The notes under the pieces: generated by a model
Seen by the model: the letters and a program-made list of their open reading frames with translations, nothing else
Told to the model about the DNA's origin: nothing
Database searches by the model: none
Translations under genes and position numbers: made by a program
Source of the DNA: Hypanus sabinus
Lineage: Eukaryota
NCBI RefSeq assembly: GCF_030144855.1
Contig: NC_082713.1
Location: 144,646,001-144,710,000 of the forward strand
Direction: 5' to 3'
DNA: 64,000 nt
Shown here: in pieces, positions 24,703 to 36,340 of the stretch
How positions within the stretch are numbered: position 1 is the stretch's first letter
Layout of the letters: every line of letters begins with the position of its first letter

Positions 24703-25238
24703 AAACACACAAAATGCTGGGGGGACCCAGCAGGCCAGGCAGCATCTATGGAAAAGAGTAAATTGTCACTGGTTCGAGCCAAGACGTTTCATCAGGACTG
24801 GAGAAAAAAAACTGAGGCCAGGGTAAGAAGGTGGGAAGAGAGGAGGAAGAAGTACAAGGTGATAGGTGACACCAGGAGCGGTGAAGTAAAGAGCTGGGAA
24901 GTCAATTGTTGAAAGAGATACAGGGCTAGAGAAGGGGGAATCTGACAGGAGAGGACAGAAGGCCATGGAAGAAAGGGAAGGGGGAGGAGCACCAGAGGGA
25001 AGTGATGGGCAGGTGAAAAGAGGGAAAAAAATGGGAAAGGGGGGAGCAATTACCAGAAATTTGAGAAAATGATTTTCATGTCATCAGATTGGAGGCTACC
25101 CAGATGGAATATAAGGTGTTGCTCCTCCAACCTGAATGTGGCCTCTTCTCAAGAGTGGAGGAAGCCATGGACTGTCATGCCAGAATAGGAATGGGAAGTA
25201 GAATTCATATGGGTGGCCACAGGGTGATACCCCTTTTT
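24703..25238 (-). mobile_element. Penelope-like element 3' end (GIY-YIG C-terminus plus terminal repeat)
   Basis: Minus-strand translation gives degenerate PVATHMNSTSHSYS...FRLEEQHLIFHLGSLQ, followed by the same terminal sequence as the fold-back family (gatgctgcctggcctgctg...). Confidence 0.75.
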
Positions 25239-25243
25239 CTGCC

Positions 25244-25481
25244 TGTGGTAAACTACATATACCTGTCTGGACACGCCCGCCCCCCCAGCTGACTGCTCCT
25301 GTGGCCCCTCCCACTGACCGTGGCTCCTCCCATATACCCCGGTATAAAGGCGATTGAGGCCTGAGCCCTGCCCTCAGTCTCCAGGATGTAGCGTGGTGGT
25401 CAATTGCTGCTTGTTCTTTCTTCCAGTCAATAAAAGCCGATATCTCGCCTCACGTCTCAGAGAGTTATTGATGGTGCATCA
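25244..25481 (+). mobile_element. Solo LTR (238 bp, Gypsy-like)
   Basis: TG...CA ends; perfect 5-bp TSD CTGCC (25239-43 and 25482-86); TATAAA at 25343; AATAAA at 25429. Confidence 0.88.
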
Positions 25482-25869
25482 CTGCCAAATTCAAATGAAC
25501 AGTTATCACCTTGTTGAAGTATTGTCTTTACATATTCCTTCCAACTAGCCAGCTTCATCGAGGAGTTAATAGTGGAAAGGGTGAGTAATTTCACGTTCCT
25601 AGGAATCAGCATCTCAGACATGTTGATGCAATTACAAAGAAGATACACCTCAAAGTTGAAAGTTCAAACTAAATTTACTATGGAAGTACATATATGTCAC
25701 TATATACAACTCTGAGATTCATTTTCCTGCAGGCTTCACGGCAAATACGAAGAAACAATGGAATCAATGAAAAACCTCACACAACAGACACTGGCAAACA
25801 AACAATGTGAAAAGACAAACTGCAAATGCAAAAAAAGGAATAAATAAGCCAAAAAAAAATCAAGGACAC

Positions 25870-26370
25870 AAGGACTTTGAGGAGATTTGTTATGTCACCA
25901 AGGACTCTAGCAGGTTTCTACAGATGTACCACAGAGAGCACACTGCCTGGTAGTATTACCAATGACTGGCACCCATGCACAGGATCGTAAATAGTTTCCT
26001 AGTGCTGTAAACTCAGCCTGTATCATCATGGGCATCAAATTCCCCAACACTGAGGACATCTGAAAAGGTGATGACTCAAGATGGCAGCATCTATCATGAA
26101 GGACCCTCCCCACCCACGACATACCCGCTTCTCATTACTACCATCAGGGAGGAGGTACAGGAGCCTGAAGATGTACACTCAACGTTTTTAAAAAGTTTTT
26201 CCCTTCTGCCATCAAATTTCTTAACAGTCCATGAATCCATCAACTAGTTTGCTCCCTATTTGCACTATTTATTTATTTAAAGTAATTTTCTTTATGTATT
26301 GCACTGTACTGCTGGTGCATAGCAAATTTCATGTGATATGTCAGTGATAATAAATTTGATTCTGATTCAG
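25870..26370 (+). mobile_element. Degenerate non-LTR retrotransposon 3' end; related copies near 55720-56290 (+) and 63280-63480 (-)
   Basis: Shared text ...ccatcagggaggaggtacaggagcctgaag... (LPSGRRYRSL-like) and a (gattct)n-type tail. Confidence 0.65.
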
Positions 26371-26639
26371 AACTAAATCTAGGATTTCCCTTACTGTTGT
26401 TGGGCTAGTAAATACTGGTTCAAGGAGTTTTTCAAGATGCATTTAGGAATTTTGTGCCTCTTCATATTTTTTTCACATTGAATGGTGTTCTTGTTAAGAC
26501 TTCCACCCTATTTTAGTTTGCTTTAGACTGTTAAAGGTCCATAGGCTATCTGCAAAAGAAAATGGATTCTATCTTTACATACACCCAATTTTGACTATAA
26601 ATAAAAAAAACTCACTTAATATGTTAACAATATACCATG

Positions 26640-26930
26640 CAGCAGCACAGTAGCATAGCAGTTAGTGCCATGCTTTACAGTGTCGGCAATCCAGGCTGAA
26701 TTCCCGCCACTGTCTGTAAGGAGTTTGCACATTCTCTGCATTACTGAATAGGTTTCCTCCCACATTCCAAAGACGTATGGGTTAGTAAGTTGTGGACATG
26801 CTGCAATGGCATCAGAAGCATGGCAACACTTGCAGGCTGCCCTATAGCACATCCTCAGACTGTTAGTTGTTTACATGACATATTTCACTGTATATTCTGA
26901 TGTACATGTGACAAATAAAGCTAATCTCTC
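26640..26930 (+). mobile_element. tRNA-derived V-SINE-like element; similar copies near 40385-40680, 47890-48330, 62170-62410 (+) and 5240-5400, 19790-19970, 43200-43330 (-)
   Basis: A/B-box-like head plus shared core ggtttcctcccacat(t)ccaaagac and gtgacaaataaagctaat tail. Confidence 0.7.
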
Positions 26931-27222
26931 AATATTTCAATGAATGGCATCATCATCGTAAGAACAGTACAAAAAAACTAGAGTGGTGCGGACTAATTCC
27001 GTTCATAGGAATGAACATATGTTAATAATTGGTGTCCATAAATCAGAAGTTCATAATCCAGGGGTAGTCTGTATTGTAGATTGTTAGCAATGAATCTTAC
27101 ATTGGATATGGGCTTTCTCCAAGGCCAGTTTTTACTTTGTTCTGGTAATGTAGAAGCCCAGCACAAACTTGACCCTGAACTGAGCATTCTTTTCCATGAG
27201 AACTCACTGATCTCAGTCCTGA

Positions 27223-27399
27223 CAACAGCACACACAAAGTGCTGGTGGAACACAGCAGGCCAGGCAGCATCTATAGGGAGAAGCGCTGTCGACGTTTCGC
27301 CCTATAGATGCTGCCTGGCCTGCTGTGTTCCACCAGCATTTCGTGTGTGTGTGTGTGTTTGAATTTCCAGCATCTGCAGGTTTCCTCGTGTTTGCTCTT
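27223..27399. mobile_element. Short fold-back element derived from a Penelope-like terminus, 15-bp TSD
   Basis: tgatctcagtcctga at 27208-22 and 27400-14; 39-bp perfect inverted arms at 27240-78 and about 27300-39. Confidence 0.85.
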
Positions 27400-27599
27400 T
27401 GATCTCAGTCCTGATCTTGCATTGGATCTGGTGGTGTCACAGCCACAAACTCGCACTCAACGTCAGTAAAGACCAAAGAACTGAGCGGTATCTACGGGCG
27501 ATACCATGTGCATTAGTTCAAAGCAACAGCACCAACAGGGGAAATGTATTTCTTCTTTCCCAATCTACATTAAATCACTTTTTTTCCTGGTGTTTGCGG

Positions 27600-27960
27600 A
27601 AAAAAGTACACTTGCCGGAAAACGTTTATTCAGAAGGTGCAGGTTCTCTCTCTGCCAAAACTAAGCTTCAGGCACAATTGCGGCATCTTGAGTTTATCCA
27701 ATGGAAATAGGCTTTACTTGCGTGCTGTCCAATAAGGCTGCGGCTTGCTGGGAGGTGCGGCAGCGGGCCGGAGACGGCGGACATTATGTCCTGGTGCGGA
27801 GTCGGGGCAGCGCTGCGGCGGGGAGTCCGGCTCCTGCAAGGTGGCGGGAGCAGAGGGATTCTTCCCGTCAGAAGGTGAGTGTGGGAGAGATCACAACAGC
27901 TTTGATGTTGTGTGCAGGCGGCAGCGGACGGAGAGGTGGGAGATGGCTGAAGGTCGGAAA
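27600..27960 (+). promoter_or_regulatory. NDUFB2 CpG-rich promoter / first exon region (possibly bidirectional)
   Basis: Local CpG enrichment in a CpG-poor background; CCGGAA (ETS-like) at 27615; two CCAAT boxes at 27698 and 27729. Confidence 0.65.
27786..27874 (+). CDS. NDUFB2: NDUFB2 (complex I subunit AGGG) exon 1, mitochondrial targeting peptide
   Basis: ATG in attATGt; MSWCGVGAALRRGVRLLQGGGSRGILPVR, Arg-rich with no acidic residues; AG|gtgagt donor, phase 2 matches exon 2. Confidence 0.85.
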
Positions 27961-29214
27961 AAGGAGAGGGACATGGAGTTGCATTGCGTTCTGTGTGAGA
28001 TCCAGATTTCACCTCTCAACTACACCTTGAAAGGTTTGCAATTGTCTCGAAGATGTAGAAGCTGCAGATCCCAATGGTTAGCTGAAAAATGAAATGGTAA
28101 GACGATGTTTCAACCAGGCGCTAGTGAAATTTGGGATGGAATACTCTTTGTTACGATGGTGAGTAGTGTACTAGCAGATAACATAGCCGTGATGTGCGAA
28201 GGAATTTTATATTAATGGGTGAAAATGTGTTATGTCAGGGTGGACTTTCTGTCTGTAGAGAAAGGAATAGGGTAAAATCAAAAGCTGTAAGAAACAGTTT
28301 AATAATCAAGGCGGCATTATTGATCAAGGTCACATCGGGGAAAAAGTGAAACAAGAGTCTATCCCTGATTGCCACGATTTCTAATTTTTTTTCAAGTGCA
28401 ACTGTATATAAATGGGTGTGATCTGGGGGGATCATAGCAAATGGGACCTTTGGTTCAACTCGTCCATCCTGACCAAGGTGTCTTCTTGAACTAGTCCTAT
28501 TTGGCCCATATCTTTCTAAACCTTTCTTATCAGGAGGATAGGGTTGAGAAGGAAAATAAATAGGCAATGATTGAATAGCAGAACAGACATAATGGGCCGA
28601 ATGGCTGATACTGCTGCTGTGTCTTATGGTCCCATCTATGAACTTGTCCAAATGCCTTTTTAAACAGAAAATCAGGATGAATAATCAGTATATGTAAAGG
28701 CAAGAAATAAACTGGAGGAAAAAAATGTGTGCTTTCTAACATCAAATAGTGCTGGTAGTGTATTAATAAAGAAATTAGAACAAAACCCTGAGGCACCTGA
28801 AACCTGTATCTAATGGTCAAAGGTAAAGAAGGGGGGAAAAAATCAACGTATACATTGTTTTCTGAAGCAGAAGGTCAAAGAAACTGTTTTACAAAGACGG
28901 TTAATTTGTCTTTTTAATTTTAAAAAGGTCATAATGTAATGGTTATCCATTGTATCTGACGATGACAGGAAACCTGCTGGAGAGATTTTTAAAGTGGAAA
29001 AGTCATTGCACTGGGGCTGTTCCACTCTCTCGACCTTGGAAGTCTACGTACAGAGATACGAGTAGTCTTCACAACTGGGGTCTTCCTTGGTTGCAGTGGA
29101 TGATCATAACTTTTGTACCTTGTCATGCTTTTTGCTCTCCATGGAGCATTGCAGAACAGCCTTCCTGGCCTTTGGATCTCACTGTAGATCTCATCCACCA
29201 GTCTGCTGGAGCTA

Positions 29215-31350
29215 TAGTGCCTTGAAAAAATTGTCAGACCCCACAATTATGTTCACATTTTACAAACATGTGAATGTCTGCAGATGCTGGAAGTCCAAAG
29301 CATAACACTCAAACTACTGGCGGGGTCCTGAAACATCAACTGTTTACTCTTTTCCATAGATGTAGCCTGATCTGCTGAGTTCCTCCAGCATTATGTGTGT
29401 TGCTTCACATTTTACTAATCCCATTTTCTATATTTAAAATCGTAGTAGTATTTTTGAGCTAATCTACAAAACATTGTGCATCATGCCAAATCAAAAGAAA
29501 GAATCCAAAATTGTGAGGCTGAAAAAGTATTTATCCCCTTTGTAATTACTATGCTAACTTTGCATGGGTGCAATACTGCACATCTTACCAACTCACCCAA
29601 TTTGTTGATGTAGAAAATTTGAGGATCACCTGTTTTCAATGAATTCTTAAGAATAAATACCCCTTCTCCCTGTAGAGTCCAACAGTATGGTAGATTTTCA
29701 ACAGACCAAACCAACATAAAGATAAGTGCATTCAAGACAGTCAGAAAAATGCAAATAGAGAAGCACAAATCTAGGGAAGAATGCAAGACCATTTGAACAT
29801 ACCTCTGAGCTCAGTGTAGTCCATCGTGAAAATGTGGAAAAATATGAAACGACAGCCACACTGCCTAGATAAGGCCACTGCTCTAAACTTAGTCACTGAG
29901 AAGGAATTGCACTTGTAATGATAGAGTGATGCTAACAGACTCTGAGTGAGCTACAGAAGTTAGTGGCTGCAACTGGAGATGACGTTTTTGTCACTGCAAT
30001 CTCTTTAAGGCCTGGCACAAAAAGAGTATTAATGTAAGAGTGGCAAGGAAGAATCCCTGGCTTTTTAAAAAAAAAGTTTGCATCCTTGCCCATAAGGACT
30101 TTGCAAAGCATCACTTAGAGGATACTGTAAAGATATGGAACAAGGTCATTATGGTTGGATGAGACTAAAGTGGAACTTTTTGGCCTCAACACTGAGCAGT
30201 ACATGTGGCGTAAATCTAAAACTGTGCATCAGCCAGGTAACACCATTCCTTCTGTAAAGTATGATGGAGACAGCAGGGACTGGAAATCGATGGGTAGATA
30301 AATGCTGTTAAATACAGAGATCCTGGATTAAAAACCTGCTAGCCTCTGCCAGAGCAACCATAGCGTGGGTTCAAATGAAGAAAATAGATGTCCTTGAGTG
30401 ACCCAATTAGTGCCCTGATCTTAACCCATTCAACTATCTTTGGCAAGACCTCAATATTGCTGTATGCTGCCTTTCCCCTACTATCTTGGCACAGCAGTTT
30501 TGCAAGGAGGATGGGCAAATCTTGCTTCTTCACATTGTTCATTACCTTAAACAGCTGCGATGTTTCTGCAGCTGGACTGTCAAGTCATCAGCCGGGTCCA
30601 TTTGTCTCCAGACATTTCATCCACTAACCCGGAACATCCTCAGGATGGTGGGACAGCAGAATGTGATCAGTCCTCTACCCCCGACGGTCAGACATCCAGC
30701 TACTATCATCCCTTGGCAGCCAAAGCCAACTGGACGCTCTCTCAGCTGCTTGAGGCATGCTGTTAACGGCTCTCTTCCTGGTTCTCTCTTGTATCCCTAA
30801 AGCTGCAAGCATCTTCCAGCATGACATGGCGGAAATCCTCTTTCCCCCACTTCGACAGGGAAGTTCCACGTCTGCCAGTATTGCCGTCTGCAGTCCGCCA
30901 CCAGGTCTTCATGCCTCGCAAGCTTCCTCTCGTGGGCCGCTTGGCATCGGGTCTCCCATGGTACTGTTAGCTCTATCACCACAAGCTTCTTTGCACTCTC
31001 TGACAATAGTAGAATGTCTGGTCGAAGTGTGGCGTCTACTATTGGTGGAACACCAGTCATCTCCCAGTCCTTTGTCAAAGCTAATAGAGACTTGACCAAA
31101 AAGAATACTGGCTGTAATAGCCACGAGAGGTGGTTCAACTAAGTGCTGAGCAAAGCGGGATGAATACTTTTTTTAAACTAATATTTCAGTTTTTGAAATT
31201 TTACTTTCTCATGCTTTACAATTTTCCTTGTTTTATGGGTTCTGTTGTGAAAAAAGCATATGCATCAAAAATAAAAATTTTCATTTAAATTGATCAAAAT
31301 CTCTGCTTCTGATACTCATTTTTATGAACAAAGACTGACTACTTTTACAA
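29215..31350 (+). mobile_element. Degraded Tc1 element in NDUFB2 intron 1, holding nested inserts
   Basis: TIR-like start tagtgccttgaaaaaa; transposase remnants (atggttggatgagactaaagtggaactttttggc = W.DETKVELFG); TIR-like tgaatacttt near 31161. Right end approximate. Confidence 0.7.
30520..31125 (-). mobile_element. 3' fragment of a restriction-like-endonuclease non-LTR retrotransposon (HERO/NeSL/R2-like)
   Basis: LRPDILLLSESAKKLVVIELTVPWE...RKLARHEDL...FPVEVGERGF, then in a shifted frame AAERASSWLWL. Confidence 0.8.
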
Positions 31351-31989
31351 TGTTGGAACAGGCAGGTCCCTGACTCACCAGGGTATTAGGCTTGCTGGCT
31401 ACCCTCTCTCTGTTTAGCCCATCTGTCGAAGCTGTGTACCAGGATGTGGCCACTGTCACATGCAAACAGTTACTTGGAGCCGCCGGTGACAGCTGAATGT
31501 CTGGTGGAGACCAAAGGAAAGTGAGCTGTCCCAGGGTGGACACAACAGGCCCCTTCACCAGAGGTACCCCTCCCATAATACATCCCATCATAGTGCAAAT
31601 AGTATGATTAAGCCTAGAATTAAGTTTTTCATGAGATTAAATCTGAGCTGGAACACTGAAACCATAATAATAGATCTTTTATGATCATGTTACATTGCAT
31701 ATTATAAATGATAATATCAGAAATTAGCTAAGTTGTGAAACACAGCCTAAACTGTTTTCCTTTGCTTTCATAGGTTGAAAATCTTTTTCTTTCAAGTATA
31801 GTAAAAGGGTGGGTTTGATAGATTGTTGGGCACCAATGAAGTTGCAGGGTTAATGATGAAGATATTCTTCTATATTTTTATTGAATAATGGAGTGATGAT
31901 GTGTTCTGCTCCAATTTTTTGCATTGCTGTATATGCATGTTTGTATATTCTAGCATAAATTACTCTCCCAACCTTGTTGCCTTTTCCAG

Positions 31990-32134
31990 AGCTGGTGGTG
32001 GGGTCCACATTGAGCCCCAATATCGACAATATCCAGAGTTGACCAAAAAGCAAGTGTTCCAGTCTGAGTTGCTCAGTGGTTTTATGTGGTTTTGGATATT
32101 ATGGCATCTGTGGCACGATGCTGATGCAGTCATT
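31990..32134 (+). CDS. NDUFB2: NDUFB2 exon 2
   Basis: ttccag| acceptor, |gtgagt donor. Encodes [48 protein letters not shown], the diagnostic AGGG mature N-terminus. Confidence 0.97.
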
Positions 32135-33903
32135 GTGAGTGCTTCATGAACCTTATTATTCCTCCTTGTTAATGTAGTAATTAATCATTTTCACTTCACA
32201 TATTGGAGGGAGAGTGCAGAATTGTGTGCCTTAATGAATTCTTTATCTTCTCTGACCATTTGCAGGTTTTTTTTCAGAAAACCATTGTTTAAGGTATCCA
32301 AGCAGTCTTTAAACTCAGTTTATTTCATATACTGTGCTTCTAATTTAGTGGTGTAGTTTCTATCAATTTGTTGAAATATAGAATAAATTGCAGATAGCTT
32401 AAGCTTCAAATCTTCCAGACTTTTTCTGGTGGAAGTCTGGTCTTCCAGAGCCAGTGTGGGTCTGAACCTGGGTAACCCAGTACCCCTGTGCTGCAGAATT
32501 GAACTTTCCACAGAGTCAAATGTGACAGCACAGATATTTGAGAACATTGAGCTATCAGACTAGGAAGCTGCCCAAAGCACAGTATTTCCATTCAGATAAA
32601 TGGAAGAATTAGCTACTTGGAGAAATATAAACAAAAATCATTAAAACATAACATTTATTCAATGTATTTTTTTTAGGGTTGTAAAATAAGAAAAAATTTG
32701 CAAAATTCAGTAACATTGCTTTTGCATTTCAGGGGCAAAATGCTTTTGCATTTCTTTCTAGCTGTTTTCTGTATTGAGAAAAGCACAAGACATTGCATTT
32801 ATTAACTGCCTTTGGCACAGAGGCCATCCCACAAAAGCACAGTACTGGGTAAAATTTTACATTGTGCCCCACAAGAACAGGTGGCCAGCAGCTTGGTCAT
32901 CAAAGTAACCTTTAGGTGAGGAGGGTCTTAGGTGAGGAGTTTAGGAACAATGCCATTGGTAGAGTTATTTTTAAATTGGCTTCTTGTAAAGGGCCAGAAT
33001 AGGAATCCACAGTTCTTGGCATTTTGGAACTGGATGATGTTAAAGAGACAGGGGGAAAAAAAAATTGAAAAGATGAGAAATTTGGTTTATTTTTAACTGA
33101 AGATCAATGGCATTGGGTAAATGCAATGGTTGGGGGTGACTAAATTCAATAAACCAAAACAGTATCTGTTATTGCTAGTATTTGTTACATTGTTGGGTTA
33201 TCATTAAAAGTTAATAAAACATTCAATAGAAGAACACCGCACAATACAGGCTCTTTGGCCCATGATGCTTGCAACCTTTTAACCTACTCCAAGATCAATC
33301 CAACCCTTCCTACCCACATACTTCTCCATTAACTTTATTTGCTTCCTTCAGTTGACTTATTATTACCTTTAATCATAAAGGTAACATTATTATTAATGTT
33401 ACATTTGCTAAGGTGGCCCATGACTACGTATTACTTTAGACAAAGAATAAGTTTTTATATTGGAGCAGCTGTGAATCTAATTGTAATTGTACACAAACAT
33501 TGCTCCAGTCTACCTTTTAGGGGAACAACGAAGTGTTATCAGTATAGTGCAGGCTATTAAACAAGCACACAAATATATAAAGTCAAGGTAAAACTTGACT
33601 TTGACTAATGACATAAATTGTTACCCAAAGTTTAAAACAATGTGCTGACTAATGTTACTGCAAGAGACATTTGTTGTAAAAACCTATTATAGTAAATAGT
33701 TTAATTTGGAACCACAGTACATAAAGGCAGTTTATTAAAGTGTGATTTGCTGATAATGGCTAAATTTCAGCAGAGTTAAACAAGATTTCAAAAAATAAGC
33801 TTCTGTACTTCCTTGATTTATTATATGTTGATTTAACTAGAAGTTGCTTCAAGAAATCATCTCCACTATCCACAATTAAAAGCTGGTATTTTGTTGTTTA
33901 TAG

Positions 33904-33978
33904 GGTCACTTTCCTTATCCTGATCCCTCTGAGTGGACTGATGAGGAGTTGGGCATTCCTCCAATTGATGAGGAATGA
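33904..33978 (+). CDS. NDUFB2: NDUFB2 exon 3, coding part
   Basis: tatag| acceptor; GHFPYPDPSEWTDEELGIPPIDEE then TGA; exon continues to a donor g|gtaagt at 34001/34002. Confidence 0.96.
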   Translation, partial: GHFPYPDPSEWTDEELGIPPIDEE

Positions 33979-34774
33979 CTTGAATGTCTTTTTAAAAAAA
34001 GGTAAGTTCAATACATTGATAGTTTGTGCTTGTAGAGCTGAAGAATTATTAATGGCTTTCATTATGAGTAAACAAGTTGATTTTACTTAAATCTACATCC
34101 TTCCCTGTGGCACAGTAATATTTCCAGACTTTAAATAAACCATCCACATAGAATTGTTAATAGTGCCTACTTTTCGCTCTCAGTAAAAGTATCTTGAATC
34201 TAAATTGTACTTGCTTCCTCCTTTGGCCAAATCACAAAAATCTAGGTAAATTATCTTAGAGATTGGTCTTGTGCCTAATTTTCTATTTACATACACAGCT
34301 ATTATCTGCATACAGTTTTAAGTTATTTTTTAAAAAAATAAACATTGAAATAATACACAGATTGATTTCAAGAGAGCAAGCAGGTCATCAGTACCACCTC
34401 CCTTATGAATATTTTTCATGTATGGACCAAGATGCTGACTGCTGGGAAAATTTGATTGGCAAGCATCACCATAAAATTTGATTTAATTTTCATAACAAAC
34501 AAATTAACACTCATTCCAACAAGATGTAAATATACAGCAGTCTAAATTATTTTCATTCATAGACCATCACCTGTAAAATGTGTAGCGTTTCTAACTCTGC
34601 CTTGATTTAAGAATGTATAGCTGCAAGGTTCTGGGAACAAATCCCAAGACTTTCTATGTTGTATGCTTCCTCAATGTTACTATTTCCCATTAAATGGAGA
34701 GGCTATAGGTGGCTTTTACTTGTAAACATTTGCACTTTAAAAGCTTGGAAATTATGTTTTTGTTTTTCTTTCAG

Positions 34775-34875
34775 TGTTTTCTTCACTGAATTTCTGGAGG
34801 AATTCACCTGACACTTGAAGAAATCACCCTTATTGTAAATTAAATTGGAATAAATGTATTACCTGCACAGTACTA
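34775..34875 (+). other. NDUFB2: NDUFB2 non-coding 3' UTR exon with poly(A) signal
   Basis: Pyrimidine tract tttttgtttttctttcag| ending at 34774; AATAAA at 34849. 3' end approximate. Confidence 0.65.
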
Positions 34876-35739
34876 AAACTTGGTATTCTCTACTTTTTTA
34901 AGATTACAAGATCCCTTTATTTCATTGATGAAATGGAAAATTGTTATTTTTTGTACATATTATGAGTAAGAATGAAATCATTTGCTTCAGTGCAAGTATT
35001 GATTTCACAATAAAAAAAACTGCTCTTGTAAGTTAACTAGGAACTCTTCCATCTTGTAAACCACCAGAGCTGTGCTCTTGTTTTACAACCTTTGAACCAT
35101 AATCATTAATCATCAATCTCATTAATTGTGAAATGAAATGTAATAGGACAAATTTAACCACGTCCACTTCCAAATTTCAGGAATGACTAAATATGAAAAT
35201 CAGAAACCATCTCTTCAGTAGGGATGTGTATTGAATAAAATACAGTGAACTGAATTTTTTAAACTGTAAAAGAACTTATTACATGTACACAGTCCTAAGT
35301 ATTTAAAATACCTACATTTAGAAGTCTCTTTTTTAAAAGCCGATTTCAAATGACCCAGCAAGAGCTAGTCATGGCACATTGTATGTTATGGGTAAAATCT
35401 TGGAGGCATATAGACTTATTAACACATTTACTGATTCCAGAGAAAGAAAATTGTCCAGGTGAGGCAAGAGTCTAGAAGAACAGCAGCGTTGCAAATAATT
35501 CTCTGTGCTTAGCAACCAAAGCTGTCGGAGACTTGGAATATAGGTTTGAAGAGCCAATGGTTGACCAATTACTCTTGATTCTCCCAGAACACAGCAGTTT
35601 GTGCCTTTTGATTGGATGCTCCATTAGCAGTGAAGTGCACAGGAGCTCTATCCCTACCATTCCTTACATAACCTTTAAAAGGCTGTCATGCTTTCATCAA
35701 CAGCTTTATTTTAAACCTTATCCACACTTGGTGGCTACA

Positions 35740-36340
35740 TTATTGGATACCTCCTGTACCTAATAAAGTGGCTACTGAGTATGTTCATAGTTTTCTGTTG
35801 CTGAAGCACATTCACTTCAAGGTTTGACCTGTTGTGTGTTCAGAGATGCTCTGGGGTTATTTGTGACTTCCTGTCAGCTTCAACCAGTCTGGCCATTCTC
35901 CTCTGACATTATCAAGGCAGTTTCTCCCACAGAACTGCTGCTTAATGGATTTTTTTTTGCACCATTGTTTGTAAACTCACAAGACTGTTACATGTGGAGA
36001 AAATCCCAGCAGTTTCTAAGATCCTCATACCAGCCCACCTGGCATGGACAATGATTTCACAGTCAAAGTCACCTGATCACATTTCTTCCCCATTCTGATT
36101 TTTGGTCTGAACAACAAATGAACCTGAATAAACTCTTCTTGGGCTTTAAGCTGTGTACAGGTAAACCCAAGAAGAGTTTTTGTCATATACACTGGGAAAG
36201 CACCAGATCCTTTTTCAACAAATCAACCTCTACCATTATTTGCATGCTTTCATGCATGGAGTTGCTGCCATATGATTAGCTCTTTAGATATTTGCATTAA
36301 TGAGCTGGTGTACCTAAGGAAGTAGCTACTGAGTGTATAC
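35740..36340. mobile_element. Non-autonomous Tc1-like element; related pieces near 62410-62660 and 63480-63630
   Basis: Repeated end motif gtacctaataaagtggctactgagt / gtacctaaggaagtagctactgagtgta; internal HTH-remnant text shared with the other copies. Confidence 0.55.

Noticed and set aside
27668-28092. Overlapping 109-115 aa ORFs at the NDUFB2 first exon
   Set aside because: GC-rich artefacts; the real exon uses the ATG at 27786 in another frame.
30545-30600. CTGATGA...GAAAC on the minus strand in the RLE-LINE 3' UTR (possible hammerhead)
   Set aside because: Stem II is imperfect and no stem I/III pairing was found by eye; likely chance.
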